DNA of 64,000 bases, from NCBI GenBank assembly GCA_052168235.1, contig JBQLZK010000010.1:32001-96000 (forward strand). The letters run 5' to 3'. Positions 18,289 through 28,307 of this stretch are shown here, one piece after another (the stretch's first letter is position 1; the number at the start of each line of letters is the position of its first letter). The notes beneath the pieces were generated by a model. The model was not told where the DNA came from. It did not search any database and worked only from the letters and a program-made list of their open reading frames with translations. The position numbers and the translations under genes were made by a program. The DNA comes from Thainema sp. Its GTDB lineage: Bacteria > Cyanobacteriota > Cyanobacteriia > Phormidesmidales > Phormidesmidaceae.

Positions 18289-19797
18289 CTAGACCAGTAC
18301 AGGCTCACTTTGTTGCGCTCGGTCTGATGCAGCCTGAGCTTCCCGGAATAAGTGGTTAGCCCACTGCTGCACGTCATAGCGCTGAATTGCGTGCAGTAGC
18401 TTGCCATTCCGCTCCTGCTGCTCTTCACTAGACATGTCGAGCGCCTGATCAATTGACTCATCCATCCGCGTGGAAGAATACGGATTCGTCAAAACGGCAT
18501 CCGGTAGTTCAACCGCAGCTCCAGTGAATTCGGACAGAATCAAAACGCCGTCCTTGCCCTTGTGCGCGACAACGTATTCTTTGGCAACCAGGTTTAAGCC
18601 ATCCCGCAGCGGTGTAATCCAGGCGATATCCGCCGCCGCATAGCAGGCCATCAGTTCATCAAACGGCAGTGGCTTAGTAAATAGCAGAATCGGCGTCCAG
18701 TTCAGCTTGGCAAAGCGACCGTTAATCTTACCAACTAGCTGCTCAATTTGAGCTTGGGCATTGCGATAGACGCGCATTCCTTCTGCGGGCTTGGCTGCTG
18801 TAACCAGCAGATTGATCTTACCCTGCACCTCTGGTCTGCGCTCCAGCAACCGCTCGTAGCACAGCAGCATTTCACGGGTTCCCTTCACATAGTCAACCCG
18901 GCCAGCGGAGATGATCAGCTTGTTGCCGTTCAACTCTTCCCGAATCTCTGTCACCCGCTTTTGCACTTCAGGGCGCTCAACAATAGAGCGAATCAGCTCC
19001 GGATTGGTACCTACAGGAAACGCATCTAGATTGACGATCCGACCGTTATGTTCAATCTGAGTCGTCAATTCAGGCTCAGCCAGTGCGGTTCCAAATGGCG
19101 TAAATGCTTTGTCTACAGGCTTTTGGGTGATCGTCTTGGTTCCTCGAAGACTGCGAGCTACATCAACAAAGTTCTGCACGTAGCGCGGAATATGGAATCC
19201 AACTAGATCACAGCACAACAGACTGTCCACAATCGCCTCACGCCACGGCAGGATGTTGAAAATATCCGACGAGGGGAACGGCGTGTGATGGAAAAAGGCG
19301 ATTTTCACATTCGGCATCCGCTGCCGGATGAAGTAAGGCGCTAGCCACAGGTTATAGTCATGCACCCAGATCAGCGCATCGTCTGCCGCGTCTTCGCAAG
19401 CTGCTTCGGCAAACATCTCATTGATGTGCTTGAAGTTTTCCCAGTCAGACGAATCGTAGGTGAACTGCCAGGGGAAGGAGTGCAGAATCGGCCAGAATGC
19501 TTCTTTTGAAGTGATGTGGTAGAAGTTCTTGACCTGGTCAGCACTCAGCGGAATGCGGCGCACAATACAGCCATCGTTACCACCTTCAACCTGTACGCGC
19601 TCTTGGAAGTTCGTCTGCTGTTTGGCGTTGACCTGTTTCCAGGCGACCCAAGTGCCTTGGTCGGAGTTTAAGAAAAAGCTTTTGAGTGTTGGGACAATTC
19701 CATTCGGGCTTTTTTTATCAACGTAGCGAACTTTGCCATCGATCTTAACCTCATCATAGGGTTCTCGATGGTAAAGGATGACAAGTGATGATTTCAT
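18289..19797 (-). CDS. ggpS: Glucosylglycerol-phosphate synthase (GT20)
   Basis: N-terminus MKSSLVILYHREPYDEV...KSPNGIVPTLKSFF is typical of cyanobacterial GgpS. GT20 motifs WVHDYNL, FFHHTPFP, GRVDYVKG and RDGLNLVAKEY. Adjacent to glpD and gghA. Confidence 0.96.
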   Translation of the reverse strand: MKSSLVILYHREPYDEVKIDGKVRYVDKKSPNGIVPTLKSFFLNSDQGTWVAWKQVNAKQQTNFQERVQVEGGNDGCIVRRIPLSADQVKNFYHITSKEAFWPILHSFPWQFTYDSSDWENFKHINEMFAEAACEDAADDALIWVHDYNLWLAPYFIRQRMPNVKIAFFHHTPFPSSDIFNILPWREAIVDSLLCCDLVGFHIPRYVQNFVDVARSLRGTKTITQKPVDKAFTPFGTALAEPELTTQIEHNGRIVNLDAFPVGTNPELIRSIVERPEVQKRVTEIREELNGNKLIISAGRVDYVKGTREMLLCYERLLERRPEVQGKINLLVTAAKPAEGMRVYRNAQAQIEQLVGKINGRFAKLNWTPILLFTKPLPFDELMACYAAADIAWITPLRDGLNLVAKEYVVAHKGKDGVLILSEFTGAAVELPDAVLTNPYSSTRMDESIDQALDMSSEEQQERNGKLLHAIQRYDVQQWANHLFREAQAASDRAQQSEPVLV

Positions 19798-20731
19798 GCA
19801 ATTTGCTCCTATGCACTGCTAGTAAACAACCGTAAATCGGTTTAAAACGGGGTTCTAGATTGCATTGGATGAATGCCGAAACATGCCTAAGCGCTCGGAA
19901 CGGAATAATGCATTCGGCTCAGACGCTAACCGTAAAAGTCAGCCTGCAGCAAATATTGCGAGCGATTGAGCATGGCGCTGAGCGGGAAACTCATCTGGCA
20001 TCAAACCAATGACTGTCTTCTTTGGCGAATTTAATTTTGGCGAATTTAACGGCTAAAACCAGAATAAAACTCGACTGTCTTTACACACCCAATCTTAACC
20101 TTGCTCAATCAACGGATCCATTTTATGGAGATGATGAAGCGTTTGGTTGCAAGCTAGATTTATTTTGCTCAAACCCAGATCAAGGTTGGTACGACAAGAC
20201 ACTTTTCGAGAAATTCTGAATCGTTTTTCGCTTTACTTACAATTTTCTTTTACAACGATCAGTCTTCAACCTGGGACATGCCGAGCCTCGACATCAGTAT
20301 TATCAACATGTGATTCTAAAGACCTCCAAAGGCTTTCCTGGTCAACTCCCCAGCCAATCGATACCCAACCAGATTGCGATCGCAAATTCGCATCCATGCT
20401 GTGCAATCAACTTAGCAGAAGAGCAGTATTAACCACAGCCAATATAAAAAAATGCTAAAACGCGCCAATAAAATATTAGCGCAAACCGCCAAATCAAAAA
20501 TCATTCATGCGGCTGATGCTTGATAGGCCAAAGGGTAGGTTTACTGCTGATCGGTACTCATTTTTACAAATTAAATCACCCAAAAAACTGGCTTTTCTGT
20601 ACGCATCTGAGACAGAATAGGGGTTCGGGTCTTTGAACTGACCTTGGATGCCAAGCGTTAGGCTGACTGAGCGTTGTCCTAAGCTGGCAGCAGAATTTTG
20701 TGTAGCATTCAAAAATTTTTTGGCGTTTGCT

Positions 20732-23374
20732 GTGACTCAGACTACTTCTCTCTCCGTCGCTCTTGTTGAAAAAGAAACTCAACAACTCCTTGATTGGGCA
20801 GCTCGCATTACAGATGCATCAGAACTCACATATCTACAGCGATCGCAGATTTTAGCCCGCCGATTGGGTGCTCATTGGCAAGAAGAGACCGGACTGACCG
20901 AAATTGGGTTTTGGACACCAGAGTTAGCCGGGGAGGTTATCCAGTCTGATCGGCAAATTTATTTGGAGGTGCTTACCCCGCTCACTCCAATTGATTTCCG
21001 CCAGAAAGAACAAACGCTTAAGTTCCAGCGCGACTGCATTCGGCTACCGCTCCAGGGGGAATTTATCTGGGGCGTTGTCGAAGGAATGAAACCTGGACGA
21101 CGGGATCAAGCAGGTTCGTTCTATTGGCTGCGGTTTGTAGATATCGAGAACCGCATGCATACCATCCGCGATCCCCTAGCTTATTCGGTGCCCTACGGTG
21201 TGTTTGGCCCCGCTGAACTCTACGACATGGATCGCCTACAGCAGGAACGCCCAGAGTTGGATTACTTCCGCCAAACCGGGCTGTCAACGATGGTAGAAGA
21301 CGCTGTTGAAAAAGCCATTGCTGGCAGCGCTGCCGACACCGCCACTGGAAATGGTGCAGCCGTTGTGGATCATCTAGAATCGGTCATGACCGAGGAGGAG
21401 ATTCAGCAGCTGCCTCGGGTTCCGTCTCCGACCAACATCCTGCAAATTCACGTCAATACCGCCTCTGAAGCTGGCACGTTAGAAGGTTTGACCGCCATCT
21501 ATCAAGAAATCTCGGACAAACTCGCGGCAGGCAAAGAATTGACGGCTGATGAGATTCACTACGTCGGCTATGATGCAGTGCAGTTTTTGCCGCTGGAACC
21601 AACGATTGAATATCGCTTAGAGGACGTGAGCAACATTGCTCACGAGTTCTTTGCCATCGATGATCCCGATGGGCATGTTCAAGCGGGGATGGCCGAAGAA
21701 TCAGAGGTTATGGATGTTACGCTGCGGAAGTCCAAGACGCAGAACTGGGGCTATGATGTGCCCATTTTGGCTTCATCGGCTACTAATCCTGCCATTATGG
21801 GCAGCTTGCGTCCGGATGAGCTAATTGATTTAACGGCGACGCTGCACAATTTTTCCCAAGGCCCAATTCAGGTCATTTACGACCTTGTCTATGGACACGC
21901 GGACAATCAATGTCTGGAACTGCTGGGTCGCCAATATCTCAAAGGCCCCAATATGTATGGGCAGGATCTCAACCACCAGCTGCCGGGTGTGCGAGCCATT
22001 TTGCTGGAAATGCAGCGGCGTAAAATCAACACCGGGGCCGATGGTATTCGCGTCGATGGCGGGCAAGATTTTCGCTACTTTAATCCGATGTCGGGCCGAG
22101 TCGAGCAGGATGATGCCTACCTGCTGGCCATGAGCGATGTCGTGCAGGACATCAACGGCTATCAGCGACTGCTCTTTACCATTTTTGAAGATGGCCGGCC
22201 TTGGCCAGAAGAAGGCTGGGAAGAAAAATCTACCTATCGCGATCTGATTGAACTTAGACCAGAGTCCTATCAATGGGGCCCATTAATTTTTGCCCACAAT
22301 ACGCCCACACTCAGAGGATTTTGGGATCGCAAGTGGCGACGCGTTTGTGAAGTGATGTACCAAGGCGATCGCTGGATCACTGGCTGCGCCAACCACGACA
22401 CGGTTCGACGCGGCAACCAAGTTGACACGGACAGTCCAGTCAACTGGAATTTAGGCTGCACCTTGCCGGATGTTTTGCGCAATGCCTATCAAAATCCGGC
22501 AACCTTGCTGTGGATCTATGGATTCAGTCCCGGTTTGCCGATGGATTTTCTCAACGCCAGCTTTCGTGCTCCCTGGGGATTCTTCCGTAACACCGACGAT
22601 CGCTACGGGGTCAAGGTCGTTTCTGAAGAAGTCGGCTTCTTAGACTGGCAGGTTGAACCGGAGGTCTATCAGCGCCCCGAAACCTTTTCCCGAATTAAAC
22701 AGCTTGGATTCAACAAGCTGGATGAGCTGAAGCAGTTTGCCAAAGCACTGCGCATTGCCATGATTGAAACGGATTATGATTTGGAAGCCGTCGCTGAAAT
22801 GTGCCAACACTGCATTGGCGATGATCCCAGTAGCTGTGAGATGCCATCACTGGAAGAACTGGGTGATGATCCAGATCGGCCTGAGTTTTTGAGAAATCTG
22901 GATGTGCATCAGCTTAAGGAGTTTGCCATGGCCTTTATGGAAGATGGGCATGAACTCTGTAAGGTGTCTCATTATCGTCACGACGTAAACCCTCAGCACA
23001 GTGAATATGCACTGAGCCTGCGCCGCTACCGCCAAGCAAATCCGTGGCTAGGAGATAATCTTACGGGCCTGGATCGGTTTAATCGAATTAGTGACGATCA
23101 GCGTACAATCTTCTACGGTATGCGCACCGCTCCCCATCACAGCCATGATGAACAACCACAGAAGCAGGTGGTGTTTGTTGCACATATGGGCGGCGATCCA
23201 ACTCCCGTTGCCCTGGCGGATTGGCTCCAGCTTGATCTGAGCGATTGGCAAGTGGCCCTGACGACGCCCAAGGTTGATGTTGATGACGCCTTAGCGACTC
23301 ATCCAGAACATCCGGTATTTGAGCTGTGTGACGGTCAAGGTGTCTTGTTTGAACGAAACTTGGAGCCGAGTTAG
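20732..23374 (+). CDS. gghA: Glucosylglycerol hydrolase (alpha-amylase-like, Slr1670 type)
   Basis: Motifs RRLGAH, QNWGYD, YDLVYGHADNQ, GADGIRVDGGQDF, FEDGRPWP and NHDT. Divergent from ggpS as in Synechocystis. GTG at 20732 taken as start (ORF is open from 20648). Confidence 0.9.
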   Translation: MTQTTSLSVALVEKETQQLLDWAARITDASELTYLQRSQILARRLGAHWQEETGLTEIGFWTPELAGEVIQSDRQIYLEVLTPLTPIDFRQKEQTLKFQRDCIRLPLQGEFIWGVVEGMKPGRRDQAGSFYWLRFVDIENRMHTIRDPLAYSVPYGVFGPAELYDMDRLQQERPELDYFRQTGLSTMVEDAVEKAIAGSAADTATGNGAAVVDHLESVMTEEEIQQLPRVPSPTNILQIHVNTASEAGTLEGLTAIYQEISDKLAAGKELTADEIHYVGYDAVQFLPLEPTIEYRLEDVSNIAHEFFAIDDPDGHVQAGMAEESEVMDVTLRKSKTQNWGYDVPILASSATNPAIMGSLRPDELIDLTATLHNFSQGPIQVIYDLVYGHADNQCLELLGRQYLKGPNMYGQDLNHQLPGVRAILLEMQRRKINTGADGIRVDGGQDFRYFNPMSGRVEQDDAYLLAMSDVVQDINGYQRLLFTIFEDGRPWPEEGWEEKSTYRDLIELRPESYQWGPLIFAHNTPTLRGFWDRKWRRVCEVMYQGDRWITGCANHDTVRRGNQVDTDSPVNWNLGCTLPDVLRNAYQNPATLLWIYGFSPGLPMDFLNASFRAPWGFFRNTDDRYGVKVVSEEVGFLDWQVEPEVYQRPETFSRIKQLGFNKLDELKQFAKALRIAMIETDYDLEAVAEMCQHCIGDDPSSCEMPSLEELGDDPDRPEFLRNLDVHQLKEFAMAFMEDGHELCKVSHYRHDVNPQHSEYALSLRRYRQANPWLGDNLTGLDRFNRISDDQRTIFYGMRTAPHHSHDEQPQKQVVFVAHMGGDPTPVALADWLQLDLSDWQVALTTPKVDVDDALATHPEHPVFELCDGQGVLFERNLEPS

Positions 23375-23592
23375 TCGTCTCTAAAACAGACTCAAAACAG
23401 ATCTAAAGCAGACACTCATCCCCAATTGGACAGATGCAACGGGGTTTGCAGCGAATTTGGCTGCAAAGTCCCGGAGTAGCAGGGATAGCGACTTGTTAAA
23501 AAGCAGCGTCAATATCTACCCAATTTAGGGTGAGTGAGCTACCCTAATTGAGTTCTCAGAAATGTGAAATGTGAGGCAGTTGTTTGCGGGTG

Positions 23593-24243
23593 ATGGGTTC
23601 GAAATTGCGTTCTAGCCAACGACGGTTAAGCCGATATGCTGGTCGAAAGCAGGTGCGATCGCGGCGACGATTGTGGCTGTCGTACTTGTTCATCGGAGTT
23701 GCGATCGCACTGTTAGGTTTTGGGATTAGACAAGCATCCGGTTTCAATATGCAGTCGCCGCAGGCCATTTTTGTCCTGGGAGGAGCCCCCGAACGAGAAA
23801 ACTTTGCCGCACAGCTAGCTCAGCAGTATCCTGAGCTGGACGTTTGGGTTTCATCTGGCAGTAATCCAGAATATGCCGAATGGGTTTTTAGCGAAGCCCA
23901 GGTTGACCCAGAGCGCGTTCATCTTGATTACAGAGCCGTTGATACGGTCACAAATTTTACAACGCTGGTGGATACGTTTGAAGCACAAGACATCCAGCAG
24001 GTTTACTTGGTAACATCGGACTACCATATGCGTCGTGCTCGGATTATCGGTCAAATTGTATTTGGCAGCCGAGGGATTCAGTTTGAGCCTGTTCCCATCC
24101 CGACGGGTGAACCATCTGAGAGCTTGGATGTGGCTGCGCGGGACGGGGCACGAGCACTGATGTGGGTGATGACAGGGAAAACGGGTTCGACCCTTCATCC
24201 GGCGCAGCGCTATTCGGCGCTAACGAAGGGCATATTTGATTGA
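23593..24243 (+). CDS. YdcF/DUF218 family membrane-anchored protein
   Basis: N-terminal TM helix; motifs AIFVLGG, VSSG, AVDTVTNF and LVTSDYHMRRA. Confidence 0.9.
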   Translation: MGSKLRSSQRRLSRYAGRKQVRSRRRLWLSYLFIGVAIALLGFGIRQASGFNMQSPQAIFVLGGAPERENFAAQLAQQYPELDVWVSSGSNPEYAEWVFSEAQVDPERVHLDYRAVDTVTNFTTLVDTFEAQDIQQVYLVTSDYHMRRARIIGQIVFGSRGIQFEPVPIPTGEPSESLDVAARDGARALMWVMTGKTGSTLHPAQRYSALTKGIFD

Positions 24244-24285
24244 TCCTAGTAGATAATCCCAGTAGATAGAGGCCCGTAAGGTCAG

Positions 24286-25521
24286 ATGTCGAAGGAAATC
24301 CTGCATTTAGGTGAACTGGTCGAGCAATGCCAAGCAAAAATTGTTGAACAATGGACAGAATCCGTTCAGCAGCATCGAGACATTGAAGCCGCTGATGAGT
24401 TGCCACCAATGGCAATTCGGGATCATGTGCCGTCCGTTTTAAGCGCGATCGCAGATTGCCTCAAGCAGTATGACTACAGTAATGCGGTTGAAGCTGTAGC
24501 CAGTGCCAGCCTAAGTCATGGCGTTTTAAGAGCCAAACAGGGATTTGATCCCACAGAGGTTGTACAGGAATATCGGCTGCTGCGCCAAGCCGTGATTCGA
24601 AACCTAGAGCCGTATTTGGAGAGCTTAACACCGTCCCAGATTTTTTCGGGCATGAACGTGGTCAATGAAGTCGTTGATTTAGCGTTAACGAAATGCTTTG
24701 AGAGCTATGTTGAATCGCGTCTCCAAGAGCTAGAGCAGCTTAAGGAGCAGGTCAAACTGACGACTGGGGAACTCTCGCAGCTGGTTCACACCAGCCAAGA
24801 ACAGGTTGCGTTCCTGGCGCATGAACTCAAGACTCCGCTGAACTCGATCATCGGCTACTCTGAGCTGCTACTGCGTCAGCAGCAGGGAGCACTGAGCCAA
24901 TCCGTTGCGCTGGATAACCTTGATAGTTTGGAGCGGGTACTGCGGAATGGGCAGCGGTTACTGAAGCTGGTGAATCAGGTTTTAGAGTTTTCCTACTACG
25001 AAAACCAATCGGTTCAGTTAGACATTCAGTTGGTTCAGCCGCGCCAGCTGCTGCAAACGGTGGTTGAGACGTTAGAACCACTGGCCAGCAAGAAAGGACT
25101 GGACATTATCATAGACTGCGATCGCGCTCCCGAAACGGTGGAGACCGACCCGCTGAAGCTAGAGCAGGTGCTGATCAATCTCGGCAGCAACGCCATTCGC
25201 TATACCGAAAAGGGCCATGTGCAGCTGACGGCAGTCGCCGTTGCGGATCAGCAGTGGCAACTTGCGATCGCGGATACGGGAATCGGCATGGATACTGAAA
25301 CGCAGAAAAAAATCTTTGAGCCGTTTTTCCGCGCCCAGTCGCCAGACGCACAGAAGAATTTGCTCTGGAAAGGCACGGGTTTAGGACTGGCAATCACGGC
25401 CAAGATTGTGGTTTTGCTCAAGGGAGAACTTGAAGTTGTCTCTAAACTGAATGACGGTTCCACATTTACCGTTCAGCTACCGACCGCCTATGGTTCGCTA
25501 GATAAAGCTGATATTGATTGA
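24286..25521 (+). CDS. Soluble sensor histidine kinase with N-terminal RsbRD_N-like domain
   Basis: H-box FLAHELKTPL, N-box NLGSNAIRYT, G1 DTGIG, F-box IFEPF, G2 GTGLGL. N-terminal HGVLRAKQGFDPTEVVQEYRLLR resembles RsbRD_N. No TM segment. Confidence 0.9.
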   Translation: MSKEILHLGELVEQCQAKIVEQWTESVQQHRDIEAADELPPMAIRDHVPSVLSAIADCLKQYDYSNAVEAVASASLSHGVLRAKQGFDPTEVVQEYRLLRQAVIRNLEPYLESLTPSQIFSGMNVVNEVVDLALTKCFESYVESRLQELEQLKEQVKLTTGELSQLVHTSQEQVAFLAHELKTPLNSIIGYSELLLRQQQGALSQSVALDNLDSLERVLRNGQRLLKLVNQVLEFSYYENQSVQLDIQLVQPRQLLQTVVETLEPLASKKGLDIIIDCDRAPETVETDPLKLEQVLINLGSNAIRYTEKGHVQLTAVAVADQQWQLAIADTGIGMDTETQKKIFEPFFRAQSPDAQKNLLWKGTGLGLAITAKIVVLLKGELEVVSKLNDGSTFTVQLPTAYGSLDKADID

Positions 25522-25545
25522 GACGCTCGCTGAGCAAGCATTTCA

Positions 25546-27906
25546 TCAAATTTCAGTCTCTGGTTCTTCAAGGCACACCGCCACGCGGGCAAATTTCAGG
25601 CCAGTTACTCCTTGCAATGGCTCAACAGCACCTTGAGTGATCTTCTCGCCCACCCAGCCTTCCCGCTGCAGATAGCGCACGTATTGACGGTACTCTTCCC
25701 ACTCCTCTGGCGTAGAGTAAACGATGGTCAACATGCCGGGTTGGGTAATGCGAGTGCGGGTTTCGGCATCCACCGCTTTATCGATGCGCTTCTTAACGAT
25801 TTCATAACGCGTATCGCGCGTGCCGCGCACGTCGAACAGCCGCTCAGTCGTTTCGTCATGGATAATATCGACCGTACTCACCTGCACCAGCACTAAATGA
25901 GTAATTTCAAGCTGGGTTTGAAACCGCTGCTTCAACGTAAACGACACCCGCGCGCAGTCACAGACGGCCCGCAACTGCTCATAGCGCAAGCTGCGTAGAT
26001 GAAAGGGCTTGAAGGTCGGATCAATCGATTCCCCGACATAAATCATGTGGTCAATACCGTCGGTCGTCTCAATATCACAGTAGTGCTTGACCACCTGCTG
26101 CATTTTCTCCTGCCAAGCCATCCAGGTATCGCGCAGCAGGCCGTTGATTTGCTGGATGATTTGGTCGTAGGCTTGGCGAGCCTGATAGACGCAGCCGTGG
26201 TCATTGTCACAAGCCGCTTCGTAGGCTTCCACTGCCGCCAATGCCTGGGGGCTACACTGCCGGAAGTAGGCAAAATGCTTTTCTAAATGTTGTTCTAGAT
26301 AGCGAGTCAGCGTCACCTCAGCATCAACGGTGACCCCCTCGTGTAGCTGCGCGATATGCTCGTCTAAATCCTGCTTGAGCTGCTGTCCTAAAGCAGTTTC
26401 CGTACTGTCACAAACCGCATTGATGATGTCAATGCCCAGCTGAAACTGGTGCAGCAAGTCGGTTTGAATCGCTCGATTGCGCTCATTAGACGATCCCCGA
26501 ATATCCGAAATGCCGTAGAGAGGGTAGACATCATTGAACACTATTGTTTCCGGCGGCAGTCCCCAACTGCGGCGTTCCGCTTCTTGGACAAACCGCCACT
26601 CGACAGCGGGGTGAATTTTGGTAAACCGCCGCTGGATAGCGTGACGCAGAGCTGCTGTCAGTGCCGGAATGAGCGTCGCCGCATTGCGGCAGTCCACGCT
26701 GTCAAAATGGTACGCCTGCTGACTGGTTAATCCCACAACGCCGATCAGCTTACTCTGTGCTGCTGATGTTTCGAGCATGGATTGAACTACTAAGGGAATG
26801 ATCAACAGCGATCGCACTCCCTTATCCTGGATAAACTGTTCGCATCGGGTCGGACAATCAGCCTGCAAATTGGGAATATTCAGCACCTGTGCCGCTTCTG
26901 CCGCTGTAAAGAAGTGAGATCCTTGCAGTTCCGCCATTGGAAATGCAGTGGCATCGTCTTGGAGATTTTCTAGCCCAATGATCAGACGGGCCTGATCATT
27001 TTCGGCACTGAGGATGAAGCTGTTATCGGCCCGGAAAAGGGTGCGTACAAACTTATTAACCCGATGCATTTTGCGCGGTTGCAGCACCGACTCTCGATCA
27101 ATCAAAAGCTGAATCAGGCTATGAATCGTTTGCCGCTCGGTGACTTCCACTCCTTCCAGCAGCAGCACGCCCTCCACCTGATAGCGCTCTAGATCGAGCC
27201 GATCTACCAGAGCTTGAACCTGTTCCGGGGCCAGCAGTTGGCCAATCAGCTCTGAGCGGCTGGACTGGGGGGTAACGCCTAAATCATTAAACTCGTCTGA
27301 TAGCGGATCAGAGAGCTTGACTCGCATGCGATCGCTGCGTAGACGCAGCTCTAACTGCACCGTCTGCTCTTTGGTGGGGGACAGATTAACCAGCAGCGTG
27401 TCATTCAACAAACGCTCAAATTCGGGCGATTGAATATGGTAGTACTGCTGTAAAACAGCATAGAGAACATGGCGACGATACAGTTGCTGGAAAGCTTCCC
27501 GTTCAGCGGTTGAGAGCAGTTCCAGCAAGTTCCAAGCCGAAGTCGTCGAATCCGCAGTCGAATCTGGATCAGCTTGCTTAGCCAGTAACGGCGCAATGAT
27601 TTGCTGGAGATGATTATTAACGGAGCGAACTTGAAAGGTTTTCAGATCAATCACAGCCATCAGCAAATGGCTATGATCGTTAAAATGAGACAGCCAGCCT
27701 AGATTTTGATAATACTCGTCGAGTGCCGCTAAATCAGCCGTCGTTTGTTCATCTAGCGCTCCTTGATGGGTGAGCTTGCCCCGCAGGCGTTCCAAGATCG
27801 CGTCAATGGCAATATCATAGGCAGCATCCCGCTCGGATCCACTGAACGTGTGGGCCTGAGCCACCTGTGACAACCGATTCGATGACAGAAACGATGACGT
27901 GGACAT
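25546..27906 (-). CDS. GAF-domain protein with an uncharacterised C-terminal domain
   Basis: GAF signature GVRSLLIIPLVV...LIGVVGLTSQQAYHFD. ATG at 27906 preferred (ORF open to 28185). Confidence 0.8.
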   Translation of the reverse strand: MSTSSFLSSNRLSQVAQAHTFSGSERDAAYDIAIDAILERLRGKLTHQGALDEQTTADLAALDEYYQNLGWLSHFNDHSHLLMAVIDLKTFQVRSVNNHLQQIIAPLLAKQADPDSTADSTTSAWNLLELLSTAEREAFQQLYRRHVLYAVLQQYYHIQSPEFERLLNDTLLVNLSPTKEQTVQLELRLRSDRMRVKLSDPLSDEFNDLGVTPQSSRSELIGQLLAPEQVQALVDRLDLERYQVEGVLLLEGVEVTERQTIHSLIQLLIDRESVLQPRKMHRVNKFVRTLFRADNSFILSAENDQARLIIGLENLQDDATAFPMAELQGSHFFTAAEAAQVLNIPNLQADCPTRCEQFIQDKGVRSLLIIPLVVQSMLETSAAQSKLIGVVGLTSQQAYHFDSVDCRNAATLIPALTAALRHAIQRRFTKIHPAVEWRFVQEAERRSWGLPPETIVFNDVYPLYGISDIRGSSNERNRAIQTDLLHQFQLGIDIINAVCDSTETALGQQLKQDLDEHIAQLHEGVTVDAEVTLTRYLEQHLEKHFAYFRQCSPQALAAVEAYEAACDNDHGCVYQARQAYDQIIQQINGLLRDTWMAWQEKMQQVVKHYCDIETTDGIDHMIYVGESIDPTFKPFHLRSLRYEQLRAVCDCARVSFTLKQRFQTQLEITHLVLVQVSTVDIIHDETTERLFDVRGTRDTRYEIVKKRIDKAVDAETRTRITQPGMLTIVYSTPEEWEEYRQYVRYLQREGWVGEKITQGAVEPLQGVTGLKFARVAVCLEEPETEI

Positions 27907-28307
27907 GGGTTGAACCCCTTGAAGCGTGCGTTGGCATGGAACTCCTGCGCTAGTCTGTACCCTAGAGGGCTGTAGGGAACGAAGAAACGGTATTTTGTAT
28001 AGCTTAACCAAACCCTTTAGAATAAATGAAGAAGTCATATAAATTCCTTGACAATGGCTGCCGTTGATATCAAGCCAATCCAAGCTCGCTGATATTAAGC
28101 TTTCATTGTGGAATACCTGCGCTGACTGAAATCTTTGTTCTTCATGCAAATCCGTGGCAAGGGCGTTGTAAATGCGATCGCACACGGATCTGCAACCACG
28201 TCAGTTATCCAGACGTGACAATTTCTCCGCGTGAGCTACGGAGCAAATTACAGGGCAGTTAGCGGCAGGTTTTGTTGTCTTAGAGTTAACGCGTTTGGCC
28301 TATATCC

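Noticed and set aside
20022..20785. Short ORFs in the ggpS-gghA spacer as a possible GgpR-like repressor
   Set aside because: Mutually overlapping, mostly non-ATG starts, and no similarity I can recognise; unsupported without expression data.
21270..21410. Ala/Glu-rich insertion in GghA as a possible intein
   Set aside because: Too short and lacks intein terminal motifs (C/S start, HN end); looks like a variable loop.
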